From Mytilus californianus (taxonomy: Eukaryota), in NCBI RefSeq assembly GCF_021869535.1, contig NW_026262581.1, forward strand, positions 97,092,001-97,156,000: a stretch of 64,000 nucleotides of DNA, given 5' to 3'. Positions within the stretch are counted from its first letter, which is position 1. Each line of letters begins with the position of its first letter. The position numbers were made by a program, and so were the translations under genes. Below the pieces are notes generated by a model. It worked only from the letters and a program-made list of their open reading frames with translations, made no database searches and was not told the DNA's origin. This document shows positions 51,701 to 59,946 of the stretch, in pieces.

Positions 51701-54700
51701 TTCAGAACTAGAAATCAAAGAAACAACAGACACGGATTCCTCTGCCTCATTTTTAGACTTCTACCTCGAATTTGACATAAGCGGTCATCTCAATACTAGA
51801 ATCTATTACAAGCGAGACGATTTTAATTTTGAAATTATAAATTCCCCACCTTAGCAGCAACACACATACAAGTGAGAGGTTTAGCTAGCTATAAAACCAG
51901 GTTCAATCCACCATTTTCTACATAAAAAAATGCCTGTAACAAGTCAGGAATAGGACAGTTGTTATCCATCTGTTTGATGTGTTTGAGCTTTTGATTTTGC
52001 CATTTGCTTAGGGACTTTCCGTTAAGAATTTTCCTCGAAGTTCGGTATTTTTCTTATTTTACTTTATACCAACTTCACCTGCATATTGGATATACATTTT
52101 CCAACTCATTCGGTATTCAAGAGCTTGTAGCTGCTACTCAGACTTTATAAAACGTCACCAGTGTCTGAGCAGAAAGTTGATGAGCCAAGGTTATGTCAAA
52201 GAACATCTAGTCCTTTTTCTAAAAAAGTTCATCGGAAGATACCAAGACCTTGTTGATAAATATTCCGTATCAACTTCACAAATAATACATGGGGGTCTTA
52301 AAGTAATGATTCTAGGTACTGACGTTGTTTATCACCTAAATATCTGTGTAGTAAGGTTTTCCCCCTTTTTTGTCCTTGTATATTTATAACCTTTACTGTT
52401 TAGTCCATTGTTTTTATTATATACGTATGACGTGGCTCGGTACTTATACATTCCGCCATTGTGTTATTGTGGTAAGGTCACTTTTGTATTCTTGTCTTTC
52501 ATTTTTGCTTATGTACTTTGTCTATATGCCATTTTGTGTTTCTTTGTTGAAACAGATATTTGTTTTTATAGTAATTAAGATTATATTACAATGTTGACTG
52601 CTGTACCCCAATTTTTAACGTTTTTACCTATTATGTCTTTGTTTTGCTCACACGTTGTCAATATAATGGAATTTTATGCGACTGTCATACTAGTGGGCGG
52701 TTTATATAGCTATAAAACCAGGTTTAATCCACCATTTTCTACATAAGGAAATGCCTGTACCAAGTCAGGAATATGGCAGTTGTTTTCCATTCGTTAGATG
52801 TGTTTGAGCTTTTGAGTTTTGAATTTCCCTTGGCGTTTGGTATTTTGTCATTTACTTTTTACGGAGTAAATGACAATGTCGTCATCTTTCTATTTGATAT
52901 TATGCACTAATCGAATGTTGGGATTGTTAAAAAAGGAAAACAACATTACTTATCTTTGAATATTGTTTTTATTGGTACAAATATTGATTTTGTTATTAGT
53001 ACATCAAAACCACACTTTATATAATTGTAATACACATATGTATTTTCACAGTACTTAAATCTGTCGATACCTATATTTTGGCATTGCTCAAGTTCATGTT
53101 TTTTTCTGGCTGTTAATGACGTCTTCACACTAAATCCATTGGATGTTGGATGTGAACTGATTAGTATTTTAGTCTTAGATACACGGTTTTTAAAATTGTT
53201 TTATTAGTTGTTATAGGCTTTGAACTAGCTTTCAATAACTGCGAGTACTCTCAGATCCGTACTTAGTGTTTTTTTTTGTTGTTAGGGATGAGGGATGGAT
53301 AAATACCCTGCCACGTTCTGTCTGTGTTTTTACTTGAAGTTTTTCTGCTTTGTATCGGTCTGATGAGTTGAGCATTTCAACTGATTTTTATAGTTTGCTC
53401 TTATGTTGTGCTGCTACACCGCTGTCCCAGGTTAGGGGAAGGGTTGAGCGCTCACAAACATGTTTAACCTCGCCACATTATTAAAGTGTATGTCCAATGT
53501 CAGGAGCTTGTAGTTCAATGGTTGTCGTTGGTTCATGTCAGTCATGTTTGGTTTTCGTTAATTGTTTTGTTATAAATTAGGCCGTTAGTTTTCTCAAATG
53601 GCCAAAAAAAAAAGACAAACAGACAAATAATAGTACAGATGACACAACATAGAAAACTGAAGACTAAGCAACATGAACCCCACCAAAAACTGGGGGTGAT
53701 CTCAGGTGCTCCGGAAGGGAAAGCAGATCCTGCTCCACATGTGGCACCCGTCGTGTTGCTTATGTTATTACAAATCCGGTAAATAGTCTAATTCGGTAGG
53801 TCACATTCGTGAAAAGGGAAGGGTATTGTAGTTACGACATAAGGAACATATCCGATATCATCTGTGAAACGGTTATTCCATAACGGTCAACCAACTCGTG
53901 ATGGCGTCCGTAAAATTAACGAAGGGATGATTTCAACGTCACCATTAGGAACTCTTGGTTTAATAGCTTCCTTGTGTCTCATTAGCAATCATACCACATC
54001 TCCTTATTTTCATAAATATGTTATAAACTGCATGCGTACGAAGAGCTTTTCTGGGTTTTACTTCATCAGGAACGCTCAAAGCCTAATATTTGAAAGCCAG
54101 TGGTGTATAAGAACCAAAACAGTCGAAGAGCTATATAACCAAAAAAAGGGATCGTAGAAAATAGCCAAATCCATCTAAGGTCAGCTTTGCCTGATTGGGG
54201 CAACTGCTTTACATTATTTAAACCAATAAACCTTTACAGGCAAACATTTTTTTTCAAGGATTTTGATATGTAGCATTTGTTTTCTTTCTAAATTGGATTA
54301 TTTCGTTACAATTAGTACCATTGAAAAGAAAATGTTCTTTTTGTATTTTAAGGTATCTAAGATAACTTTTTTGATAGTACAAAGGAATCAATAATTGGCC
54401 ATGACAAAAAATTTCTTTTAAATAATGATTTAAATTCAATAAACAATTTTGTGCTGCCTTTATTTAGTAAACGTTTAACGTAGCTCTTTCTGGATGCATT
54501 TTAAAAGTCATATTTTATGTTTCTCTTTATTTTCTTATTAGGGGAAATTAATGGAAGAACAGATACGTAGACTCTATGAAATGAATGAGCGTCTGGATGA
54601 GCTACATGCATTTGTTAAACACACACAATACGAACAACAAGCGCACTCTGCACAGGTAACAAACTTTAGATGTGTGATTTGGTTGCTGTATTATTGACAT

Positions 54701-57700
54701 ATGCAAAACGAAATTTATTTACATTTCAAAGCTAGAACTTAAATATGTGTAAAACAATGGCATAACTCACAGGTTACTATTTAAAGTTATAGATATAAAC
54801 AATTCTATGTTCTAAACATTGAACATCAGGATGATTTTGTTATAGAAAAGAAGAAAATACCAAGTGCCAGAAATAACTTACAGTGAATAAAAGCTGACAA
54901 AACCATTGCCCAAAGAACGAAATGACAAACAAATGCACAAATCACTACAGAGAAACTAAAGATTGAGCAACACGATCACCTACAAAAATTAAGGGTGAAA
55001 TCAGATGCTCCAGTGAAATAGCAAAATCGAGGAAATGACGACGGGATTGTGAATACGACAAGTTGAATATATTGTTGATCATCTTTGATAAAGAGGCGGA
55101 AAATACCAACCCCAGAATCAAAACTCGTAAGTCGAAAAGAGACCGACAAAATCAGGGCAAAAAACAAGTACAAAAAAAGTCAAATAACAGTCCACACAAT
55201 ACAACATTAAAAACTAGAGATTCAGCAACACGAACCCCATAGAAAAACTTGAGGTTCTATCAGGTACTTTTGAAGGTTAGCATTTCCTGCTCCAAATGTG
55301 GCATCCGTCGTGTTGTTCATGGTAAGTACAAGTCCGATGTTTAGTCTCATTTGTTGATGTCAACATTGAGCAAAAGAGGACGAAAGAATGGCTTCCTTGT
55401 TCATCTGTGAAATAAATATTCCATAAAGGTCAAGCAAATCATGATGGTGTTCGTAACATTTCGAAGGAATGACTTTAAGTTTACCAGTTGAAATCCTACT
55501 TGAATAGCTTTCTTGTAAGCAGTACCCCTTTTCCACGTTAATCATGAAAGCAAACGTATGCCACGGAATATGATATCGTTTGGGAGATATATACGCCATA
55601 TGTAGGCGCTGCTAGGAGGTTGCTACATATAATGCATACTTTACAATGGGAAAATCGATATAATCTCATTTGGAGTATAGTTTACCTCTCAACCAAGCCT
55701 CATTGTCATTTTCTGGATATAAAGAGTCAAGATATGGAGTAGACTTGACTGTATCTAAGTCTCTCTAACTCATATTTGGCATAAATTTTCGGAATTTTCG
55801 GTTTTTCATGCTCTTTAACTTTGTATTTGATTGGGCTTTCCAATTATTTTGATTCGAGCAATGATGAGTTCTATGTAGACCAAACGTGCGTCTAGCGTGC
55901 CAAATTACAAGTTTATCTTTGATGAGTATGTTGAGCCACAGGGTTGATACCACTGCAGGTTTTCATTTCGTTCCTGGGGGTATTACCAGCCCAGTATTCA
56001 CCCCTTTTGTGTTTATATGAAACGTTATTGGTATACTCATGCTCTGTAAATTTTATGTTTTGTAAATGTTGAATTATTTGAAATACTAATGTTTTTCTAC
56101 CCCCAGACATGAAATGCCTTAGTAGCATTTGGCACAACTAGATATATAATCTATTCAACTACGCATTTGATTGAGCCTTCCAACTGTTTTGATTCGAGCA
56201 CTGCTGATGCTTTTAAGTTGGAAGAAACGTGCGTCTGACGTTAAAAATTATCAGTCTGTCTCTTTGATGAGTTTTTTTTCAAGTTCATTAGGAAACATGT
56301 CATCAGCATATTTACCAAACTTTGAATTCGTCCAGTGGAAGGACATCGTGTATATACTGGCACATGAAGTTTAAGGTTAACTATTGTGTTCCTTTTCTTT
56401 AAATATTATGTAGTGTAAAACTCAGTTAAAACATTTTGTAGCACTTTTCTTAAAGTGATGTGTTTTTGCATTGCTTCATTTTATTGTTTGATTTTAAGGC
56501 CTTACCTAATTAGTTGACCTGTGTCATGTTCAAGTCTATGTATAAGCAGACACACGTTCGATTCAAACCTGTCATTTTCCTTTTGAACAGTTTCTCCCTA
56601 CACAGTGAGCTTATGTGTTTCAATTACTAAATTAGTGCGGTTACAAAGTCATGTCGAGTTGTTAGCGTTATAACAAAACAAAAACAAACAAAAAAACAAA
56701 CAAAAAAACTCAAGAATACATGTAATTACTCTAAATTGGTAGGATTTAGGGATGTACTTCGATAAAGTCTTGAATGTGCGAATGCAAATAAAAATCACAT
56801 AATTAGTGTCATCTGTACTATTATTTGTCTGTTTGTCTTTATTTTTGGCCATGGCGTTGTCAGTTTGTTTTCGATCTATGAGTTTGACTGTCCCTCTGGT
56901 ATCTTTCGTCCCTCTTTCTTTGACATCATGCATATTCAAATTACGTCACAAATGTAAAACCTGTATTTTAAGCTGGGGTATACCAATGGTGTATATATAA
57001 AATTGGCTTTCCGACCATATCTCCATTTGACCATTTATCTTGAAAGCACAATTTCCCTTATATCATCATTTGGAATAATTACAATAACATTTCACACAAA
57101 GATAATCACTGTAGAAAGATAAATATGAAAATAATCAATGCTGGTCAAACAAAAAAATAAGACTATGATAACAAATCTAGTGTACGAGTCTTTTAACTGT
57201 CTTTCCAGATTCTAGAGATAATGGTTCAAATGCAGCAGAAAAAAGATGGGACCGATAAAACTCAGCAGACAATGGTTTGTTACTATACTGACTACCGTTA
57301 AAACATCCACAAATATATCAACCAACAGTATCCTTATTTAACTATTTTAGCTCATGTTGTCCTTTGGAACTGTGTTAGTAATTGTCCTCTGGCATATTCT
57401 GAAACTACTAGGGTCTTCGATGGCCGAGTGGTGTAAGTAGTTCATCGGCTGTATCACTAGCCCGTCTTCACTAAGTTTGTGATCCGAACTCCCACGTGGT
57501 AGGTGCGTTGATTCTAATATTAATTGACTTAGAATTGTCAGTTTTCCTGCCAAATGTCAGGGGTTCTCTCCGGGCACCCGAACTTCCTCTGCCAATAAAA
57601 AACTGACCGCCACAATATAGCCAATAATGATGAAAATGGCGTTGGAACAGATTAAACTTGCAACAAGAGACCATTACCAGTTCTGATCTAAAATTTTCAA

Positions 57701-59946
57701 CATTTATTTAAAAAAAAATATTGCATGTGGTCTACATTTTCAATTTCTGCACTCTAGCATTACTTGAACCAATTTAACCAAACTTGCCACAATCATCATA
57801 GGTATATCTAGTTTAACAGATGTGTCCGATGAACTCAACTACCAACCAACATCCCCAACAATGCTAAAATCATAACATAGGGGTAAAATGCAAGTTTCGT
57901 ATATGTCTTGAAAACCGCTATAGAGAAAATCCGACAGAGGAGAAAATGTTCAAAATGTTGAAATCTACCTACTATGCATTTAGATCAAAACTGTCAGATG
58001 GCTTCTGATAGGAGTAATTGCCCTCAACTGACTATTCTTAATATGTTTTCTTTCCTTTTTGTATTTTTCTTGAAAACTGTAATAGAAAGGGGGAAACTTT
58101 GGTAGCAAAAGTAATCAGCAATACAAGATTTAAAAATAAGTCAACAAGGGGTAACTCGTCACTTGTTGATGCATGATAAATCTTTTGGTCATATATGGCA
58201 GCAATGGTGTTAGATATTAGGCTTCATGGAACTTTTTAAGAAATCTCAGAGTGCATACTGACATGAATAGAGTTAACAACAACAACAACAATACTTTATT
58301 TTAAGAGGGTTACACAGTTAGCTATATAACTAATCTTCCCTGAGGCCCTCATCATAGAAAAGCATAAACAAAATGCAAACATATGCATGGCATACATAAG
58401 TATAAAAGTCAAGTATGATGATAATGTTCAATACAACTTGATAATATGTTATGAAAAAATAAATATCATGACATAATCAGTATTCAATATATTTTTTTCA
58501 ACAGGTTGATTTCAATAAATGATCTGTTATTTTGTATTTGAAAGAATTAACATTTGTAATATTTCTTAACGGTATTGGCAAATTATTCCACAAGAATGGT
58601 CCAGAATACATAAAAGATTTCTTGAACAATTCTATTTTTGGTTTAGGGAGTATGAGATTTCCTTGAACAGCATTTCTCAAGGGTCATGGATTTCTGTCTG
58701 AAACATAATGAAACTTGCTAGTAAGATATGATGGGGCATCATTTTTGATGCACTCAAATGTCATCACAAACTTGTGATATTTTATTCTCTGTTCAACTGT
58801 CATCCAGTTTAAGTGTTTGAATAAGGGCTCGAAGGAGCGAAAGGGTCTGTTTCTAGTATTATTCTAGCAGCTCTCTTTTGTAATTTTAATATCATATTTA
58901 AACACTCACTGCTACAACTACTCCACACTATACAACAATAATCAATTAGTGGTAAGATATAACCATTATAGAATAATTTTCTGCAGTCTAGATTTAGAAA
59001 TTTCTTAATCTTTAATAGTAGATAAAGCCTAGATGAAAATTTTTGAGCAGATCATATCAATTTGGTTTGTCCATGTGAGGGAAGGGTCAATTTTAATGCC
59101 TAAGAGACTTTCGCATGTGAAAGATTGTATCACTTGATTGTTAATAGTTAAACAACTCTCACTGTTAGTGGCATTACTTTTTGCTTTGTTCCAATAATCA
59201 TATATTTTGTTTCATTTTTATTGATGAACATATTGTTATCATTACACCATTCCTCAACACCATGCAAATCTTCTAAAGTTACTATGCGGTATGTTTTATA
59301 ATAAAGACTCTTTCATTTCAATCAGCTGGGGAACATTGCGCTATCATAATAGCAAAAAATGTTTCTTTTTCAAAATTCTGTTTGATTTCTATATGCCAGA
59401 GAAATTTCTGAAAGTTATGTGATTTTATTTGGGATATGCGTGAATGGCAATTAACAAGAAAAGACATTTAGAGGTGATGTTAATGTGTGGATGATGCTGA
59501 AGCAAAAACTTTCGTTGTTTAATCGTGTTGATGTGTGAGTTTTGTCTGTTTCATTTTTATTTTGTGATGAAGACATGTTATTTCTGTCTATGTAAGATTT
59601 AGAATGGTATTACGTTGTTAATTCTAGTTAAGTCAACGATATATGGACAAGATATGTAGTAAGTAGTATTCTAGAAATTAACTGATGCCTAGCAGTTTGT
59701 TTTGTTTATTAAATTTGTAAAATTATAACGATTTTGCGCCATAGTTTAAGTCTTCATCTAGTGTTGGGAGTTTCAAGCTAGTGTTCCTCCAAATTGTTCT
59801 GTCAATGCCTTATTATAATGAAAGGGTAATGATAAAATCACATTTAGTTATGATAATTAGCTAATTTCTGTTTAAAATTCATAGGAATGATGTCGTCTCC
59901 AGAATCCATTCATGCTGTACTAAGAATACAAAGAACTGATGTGTGA
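16004..59946 (+). CDS. TRPM: Divergent TRPM-family (melastatin) cation channel gene, ~33 coding exons, ~1,200 aa
   Basis: Phase-compatible GT-AG exon chain giving MHR motifs (PKLYLMFV, DLDLLICNLL, NPELYGLIFYALL, AFTQRAI, KMWYG), S1-S6, GPKLVMIRKM linker, pore GYWTLFGE, LLLNLLIAIYS, TRP-box region and coiled-coil tail. Both ends are less certain; lesions at 21.3-22.8 kb. Confidence 0.9.
16757..16793 (+). CDS. TRPM: TRPM-like candidate micro-exon (LICSMQEFIQLY)
   Basis: Supplies the needed phase 0-to-1 bridge; ttgtag acceptor, gtttac donor. Confidence 0.3.
17038..17125 (-). repeat. (AAGACAT)x6 microsatellite, probable LINE 3' tail remnant
   Basis: Minus strand reads hairpin cccc-atatt-gggg, then AATAAAA, then (TGTCTTA)n. 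Confidence 0.5.
17269..17327 (+). CDS. TRPM: TRPM-like exon (KRWSLLEAEVKYATGTSQK)
   Basis: taacag acceptor, gtataa donor, phase 1-0. Confidence 0.55.
17941..18490 (+). mobile_element. Dispersed repeat family R2 (pseudo-LTR/SINE-like); other copies 53201-53597 and partial inverted ~49915-50050
   Basis: High similarity between copies (actagct.tca.taactgcgagtactctcagatc...; ccactgtcccaggttaggg); ends in gtctcattg.caatcataccacatct. Confidence 0.75.
18538..18667 (+). CDS. TRPM: TRPM-like exon, MHR1/SLOG (IEINLGNDIPQLKTMTYKPKLYLMFVTEDPTSDLLIDEIRQFS)
   Basis: tttacag / gtaag; PKLYLMFVTE corresponds to TRPM PKLLISVTGG. Confidence 0.75.
19108..19214 (+). CDS. TRPM: TRPM-like exon (KKKLPCHIIEQKLVFLGDKTSSVCINGHTSDESIQ)
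   Basis: tatgcag / gtacaa, phase 1-0, open. Confidence 0.65.
19687..19777 (+). CDS. TRPM: TRPM-like exon (KLVQKGCSIFQRGNTEKDESEISYFKRMTE)
   Basis: tgctag / gtatgg, phase 0-1, open. Confidence 0.65.
19952..20211 (+). mobile_element. Full-length tRNA-derived SINE with Meta/V-like central core and (CAAT)n tail
   Basis: Pol III A box TGGCCGAGTGG (19962-19972), B box GAGTTCGAAAC (20022-20032), core ctctccgggcactccggcttcctccaccaataaaaactgaccgcc, degenerate TSD tcccgcctg. Confidence 0.85.
20613..20725 (+). CDS. TRPM: TRPM-like exon (VIGEKVLPVIVSLCIGEQTKNVRENARKLKIPVVQFK)
   Basis: Matches SLOG PVV..../PVV pattern; alternative in-frame acceptor at 20622; donor gtaaca. Confidence 0.75.
21269..21458 (+). 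CDS. TRPM: TRPM-like exon ending MDLDLLICNLLIG
   Basis: ttgcag / gtatat; DLDLLICNLL corresponds to TRPM DID.AIL.ALL. Confidence 0.8.
21592..22791 (+). CDS. TRPM: Six TRPM-like MHR3 exons with apparent frameshifts (21592-21642, 21882-21910, 21985-22056, 22138-22238, 22352-22518, 22663-22791)
   Basis: Good splice sites; EMIQKYFGTHYQCIF resembles TRPM IEYLMGGAYRC; phases reconcile only with +1 nt in several exons. Confidence 0.6.
23575..23790 (-). mobile_element. Hammerhead-bearing repeat family A (retrozyme-like); core present, helices decayed
   Basis: Minus strand 23652-23609: GAGUCA CUGAUGA GACCUUUGAAGAC GAAA CGAACG UC UGUUGA; flanks similar to 55760-56270, 36920-37075, 61325-61550. Confidence 0.7.
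24210..24288 (+). CDS. TRPM: TRPM-like exon (ELTTEFENGIWKDLEKLSGKAYIPPK)
   Basis: attattag / gtaaat, phase 0-1. Confidence 0.7.
24307..24477. mobile_element. TA-flanked MITE
   Basis: TIR CAGGGGCGGATCCAG / CTGGATCCGCCACTG, TA on both sides, internal G-runs. Confidence 0.85.
24597..24634. repeat. (ATTC)n microsatellite
   Basis: About 9 perfect units. Confidence 0.95.
25240..26046 (-). pseudogene. Nested antisense pseudogene fragment, possibly of a death-domain protein
   Basis: Clean exon 26046-25908 (NCTETKIATASGEYSLHFDAVQ...EACVVCLEI) with AG/GT, followed by stop- and frameshift-broken coding-like sequence including AYRLGRERGL...FLNWLRT. Confidence 0.4.
26252..26364 (+). CDS. TRPM: TRPM-like exon, MHR4 (EKETFLAVSNPELYGLIFYALLQKQYFSGAKQLVETGY)
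   Basis: tttcag / gtaagt; matches P..DL..WAVL pattern. Confidence 0.85.
26621..26712 (+). CDS. TRPM: TRPM-like exon (PILIGSTILQDAESNWKSTPVQKETLQRLN)
   Basis: attcag / gtaaga; alternative in-frame acceptor at 26609. Confidence 0.8.
27799..28130 (+). mobile_element. Repeat family R4, the 3' end/pseudo-LTR of a Penelope-like element; inverted copies 53598-53965, 54885-55040, 55085-55690
   Basis: gagcaggatctgcttacccttcc..gcacctgagatcaccc shared; the 55085-55690 copy continues into a decayed RT C-terminus (YGVYISQ). Confidence 0.7.
28150..28555 (-). mobile_element. Degenerate inverted copy of the 168-bp-array HINE family
   Basis: ttgacgccgccgacgccaccggaaacagc...gagaca is the reverse complement of the 37665 head. 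Confidence 0.55.
28855..29283 (+). mobile_element. Repeat family R3b; inverted copy 40131-40500
   Basis: gggaggtttggctagccataaaaccaggttcaacccacc..cctgtaccaagtcagga.. shared between both copies. Confidence 0.75.
30349..30455 (+). mobile_element. 5'-truncated copy of the tRNA-derived SINE
   Basis: Core ttctctccacgcactccggcttccttcaccaataaaaac and (CAAT)n tail. Confidence 0.75.
30780..31056 (+). CDS. TRPM: TRPM-like exon, MHR4 end (AFTQRAIKITQCIYDAE...VLNKMWYGEEQLSFRQ)
   Basis: ttccag / gtaagt; fully open; F...A....C and L...W.G motifs. Confidence 0.9.
31400..31485 (+). CDS. TRPM: TRPM-like exon, pre-S1 (IGCFIVLAFMHLFILPVLMVSMETRPLQ)
   Basis: ttgtag / gtaaga, phase 0-2, hydrophobic. Confidence 0.85.
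33446..33494 (+). CDS. TRPM: TRPM-like exon (WFYKKYNLPLMKVFLQL)
   Basis: ttgcag / gtatgg; corresponds to FY.AP..KF. Confidence 0.85.
33871..33999 (+). CDS. TRPM: TRPM-like exon, S1-S2 (ISYLALLMAFSYML...WMISFFLDETKQ)
   Basis: tttcag / gtaaag, phase 0-0. Confidence 0.92.
34879..35124 (+). CDS. TRPM: TRPM-like exon, S3-S4 and linker (WNKLD...IRVLNMF..GPKLVMIRKM)
   Basis: tttcag / gtaggt; hallmark GPK..MI. Confidence 0.95.
36205..36379 (+). CDS. TRPM: TRPM-like exon, S5 and pore helix (FKDTFGFMVIM...GYWTLFGENNVDSDA)
   Basis: ttttag / gtaagt. Confidence 0.95.
37260..37419 (+). CDS. TRPM: TRPM-like exon, pore loop and S6 (PDC...RCP...LLLNLLIAIYS)
   Basis: tttcag / gtatac; pore-loop cysteine pair and NLLIA motif. 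Confidence 0.95.
37665..38680 (+). mobile_element. HINE-like (Helentron non-autonomous) element with ~168-bp tandem array
   Basis: Subterminal inverted repeat TGTCTCGCCTT / AAGGCGAGACA, 5' hairpin TTGAC-AGA-GTCAA, (GTC)n(GGC)n microsatellite, units starting 37759, 37926, 38094, 38262, ~38428; T-rich flanks. Confidence 0.85.
39597..39841 (+). CDS. TRPM: TRPM-like exon, TRP domain (SDTFQQVQVQSKFHWSLLQKDFLEEY...PMFVR)
   Basis: ttgtag / gtatgt; TF..VQ....W......EY. Confidence 0.92.
40050..42980 (+). mobile_element. Fragmented HINE (192-bp family) split by younger insertions
   Basis: Head at 40050-40115, array pieces ~41410-41650 and ~42600-42930, tail gtaggcgagacac...gaaccctttacaaatttt at ~42930-42975. 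Confidence 0.6.
41655..42350 (-). mobile_element. Repeat family R1 (longest copy); others 34400-34550 (-), 36390-36715 (-), 39165-39258 (+), 63351-63649 (+)
   Basis: Shared gacaacaacccgaccaaagagcagaaaacagcc..cccgcacccggaggcgggcttcagctggcccctaaa and cctgtcccaagtcagga core. Confidence 0.85.
43258..43288. repeat. (TA)n microsatellite
   Basis: About 15 TA units. Confidence 0.95.
43405..43612 (+). mobile_element. Repeat family R3 (solo tail of the Penelope-like pseudo-LTR); others 50185-50505, 51861-52065, 52690-52860, inverted 50858-51000
   Basis: gagaggtttagctagctataaaaccaggttcaatcc..gcctgtaccaagtcaggaatat.. shared. Confidence 0.85.
44177..44220 (-). ncRNA. Apparently intact minimal type I hammerhead ribozyme (family C)
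   Basis: GCAUCA | CUGAAGA | GACAA-UGA-UUGUC | GAAA | UGCGCA | UC-cleavage | UGGUGC: complete core, 6-bp helix I, 5-bp helix II, palindromic helix III AUGCGCAU. Confidence 0.85.
44461..45492 (+). mobile_element. Young HINE-like element with ~192-bp tandem array, copy 1
   Basis: 5' hairpin TTCGACT-TT-AGTCGAA, (GTC)n, units at 44567, 44759, 44951, 45144, 45286, 3' AGGCGAGACA plus GGGTTCC-AC-GGAACCC hairpin and T-run. Confidence 0.9.
46112..46193 (+). CDS. TRPM: TRPM-like exon (VFCYNTNYDQRLNSTELTEAFATLKSK)
   Basis: tttcag / gtaaag, phase 1-2. Confidence 0.75.
47034..47067 (+). CDS. TRPM: TRPM-like micro-exon (GVIDVIKEDTIT)
   Basis: tgatag / gtaaga, supplies the phase 2-0 bridge. Confidence 0.65.
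47285..47671. mobile_element. Unclassified TIR MITE
   Basis: Imperfect ~20-bp inverted ends AATAGACACCTTACGAGTT / AACTCGAAAGTGGTCTATT. Confidence 0.6.
47823..47951 (+). CDS. TRPM: TRPM-like exon, coiled coil (VLQEQMEIQNIMMANQDELKMQLEYQTQKFEEQQERNMRRNEM)
   Basis: ataaag / gtattg, phase 0-0, E/Q/M-rich heptads. Confidence 0.75.
48584..49648 (+). mobile_element. Young HINE-like element with ~192-bp tandem array, copy 2
   Basis: Near-identical to 44461-45492 with a longer (GTC)n; perfect palindrome GGGTTCCGCGGAACCC at 49621-49636. Confidence 0.9.
49660..49812 (+). CDS. TRPM: TRPM-like exon, coiled coil (MLEQHLAEQRSMERVESMRREK...DFENFM)
   Basis: ttcacag acceptor; donor either 49725 or 49812. 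Confidence 0.65.
50858..52860 (+). mobile_element. 5'-truncated Penelope-like retroelement with inverted 5' pseudo-LTR and direct 3' pseudo-LTR
   Basis: RT remnant 51310-52310 flanked by 52305-52860 and its inverted, internally deleted copy 50858-51240. Confidence 0.8.
51310..52310 (+). pseudogene. Penelope-like reverse transcriptase remnant
   Basis: LKNRLIEIIHNAF, DNIFVEFGG..QVVGILMGTNCAPLLVDLFLFSYE, ASFLDFYL, RIYYKRDDFNF, AY.IYI.QLIRYSRACS, QGYVKEHLVLFLKKFIGRY; frameshifts and an R3 insertion at ~51861-52065. Confidence 0.88.
54034..54075 (-). ncRNA. Near-intact minimal type I hammerhead (family B)
   Basis: GCGUUC | CUGAUGA | AGUAAAACCCA | GAAA | AGCUCU | UC | GUACGC: core intact, one helix I mismatch, poorly paired helix II, imperfect helix III palindrome. 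Confidence 0.6.
54542..54655 (+). CDS. TRPM: TRPM-like exon, coiled coil (GKLMEEQIRRLYEMNERLDELHAFVKHTQYEQQAHSAQ)
   Basis: ttattag / gtaaca, phase 0-0. Confidence 0.75.
55760..56270 (+). mobile_element. Retrozyme-like tandem unit (family A) delimited by two decayed hammerheads
   Basis: Hammerhead relics at ~55855-55898 and ~56196-56241; GUC cleavage triplets end at 55892 and 56235. Confidence 0.65.
57209..57274 (+). CDS. TRPM: TRPM-like exon (ILEIMVQMQQKKDGTDKTQQTM)
   Basis: tttccag / gtttgt, phase 0-0. Confidence 0.6.
57410..57648 (+). mobile_element. Older copy of the tRNA-derived SINE
   Basis: A box tggccgagtgg, core ttctctccgggcacccgaacttcctctgccaataaaaaactgaccgcc. Confidence 0.8.
58275..59290 (-). 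mobile_element. 5'-truncated L2/CR1-group LINE, antisense in an intron
   Basis: EDLHGVEEWCNDN, KTKYMIIG, LGIKIDPSLTW, YILPLIDYC, FKKSFMYSGPFLWNNLP; AATAAA and (TTG)n tail. Confidence 0.88.
59628..59946 (+). CDS. TRPM: Putative last two TRPM-like exons (59628-59658; 59885-59946, ending RIQRTDV*)
   Basis: Phase-compatible ttctag/gtaagt and tcatag sites; AT-rich 3'UTR-like sequence with AATAAA follows. Confidence 0.4.

Noticed and set aside
51310-52310. Selenocysteine recoding in the Penelope-like RT
   Set aside because: The fragment is too decayed to tell UGA recoding from nonsense mutation, and no SECIS could be identified
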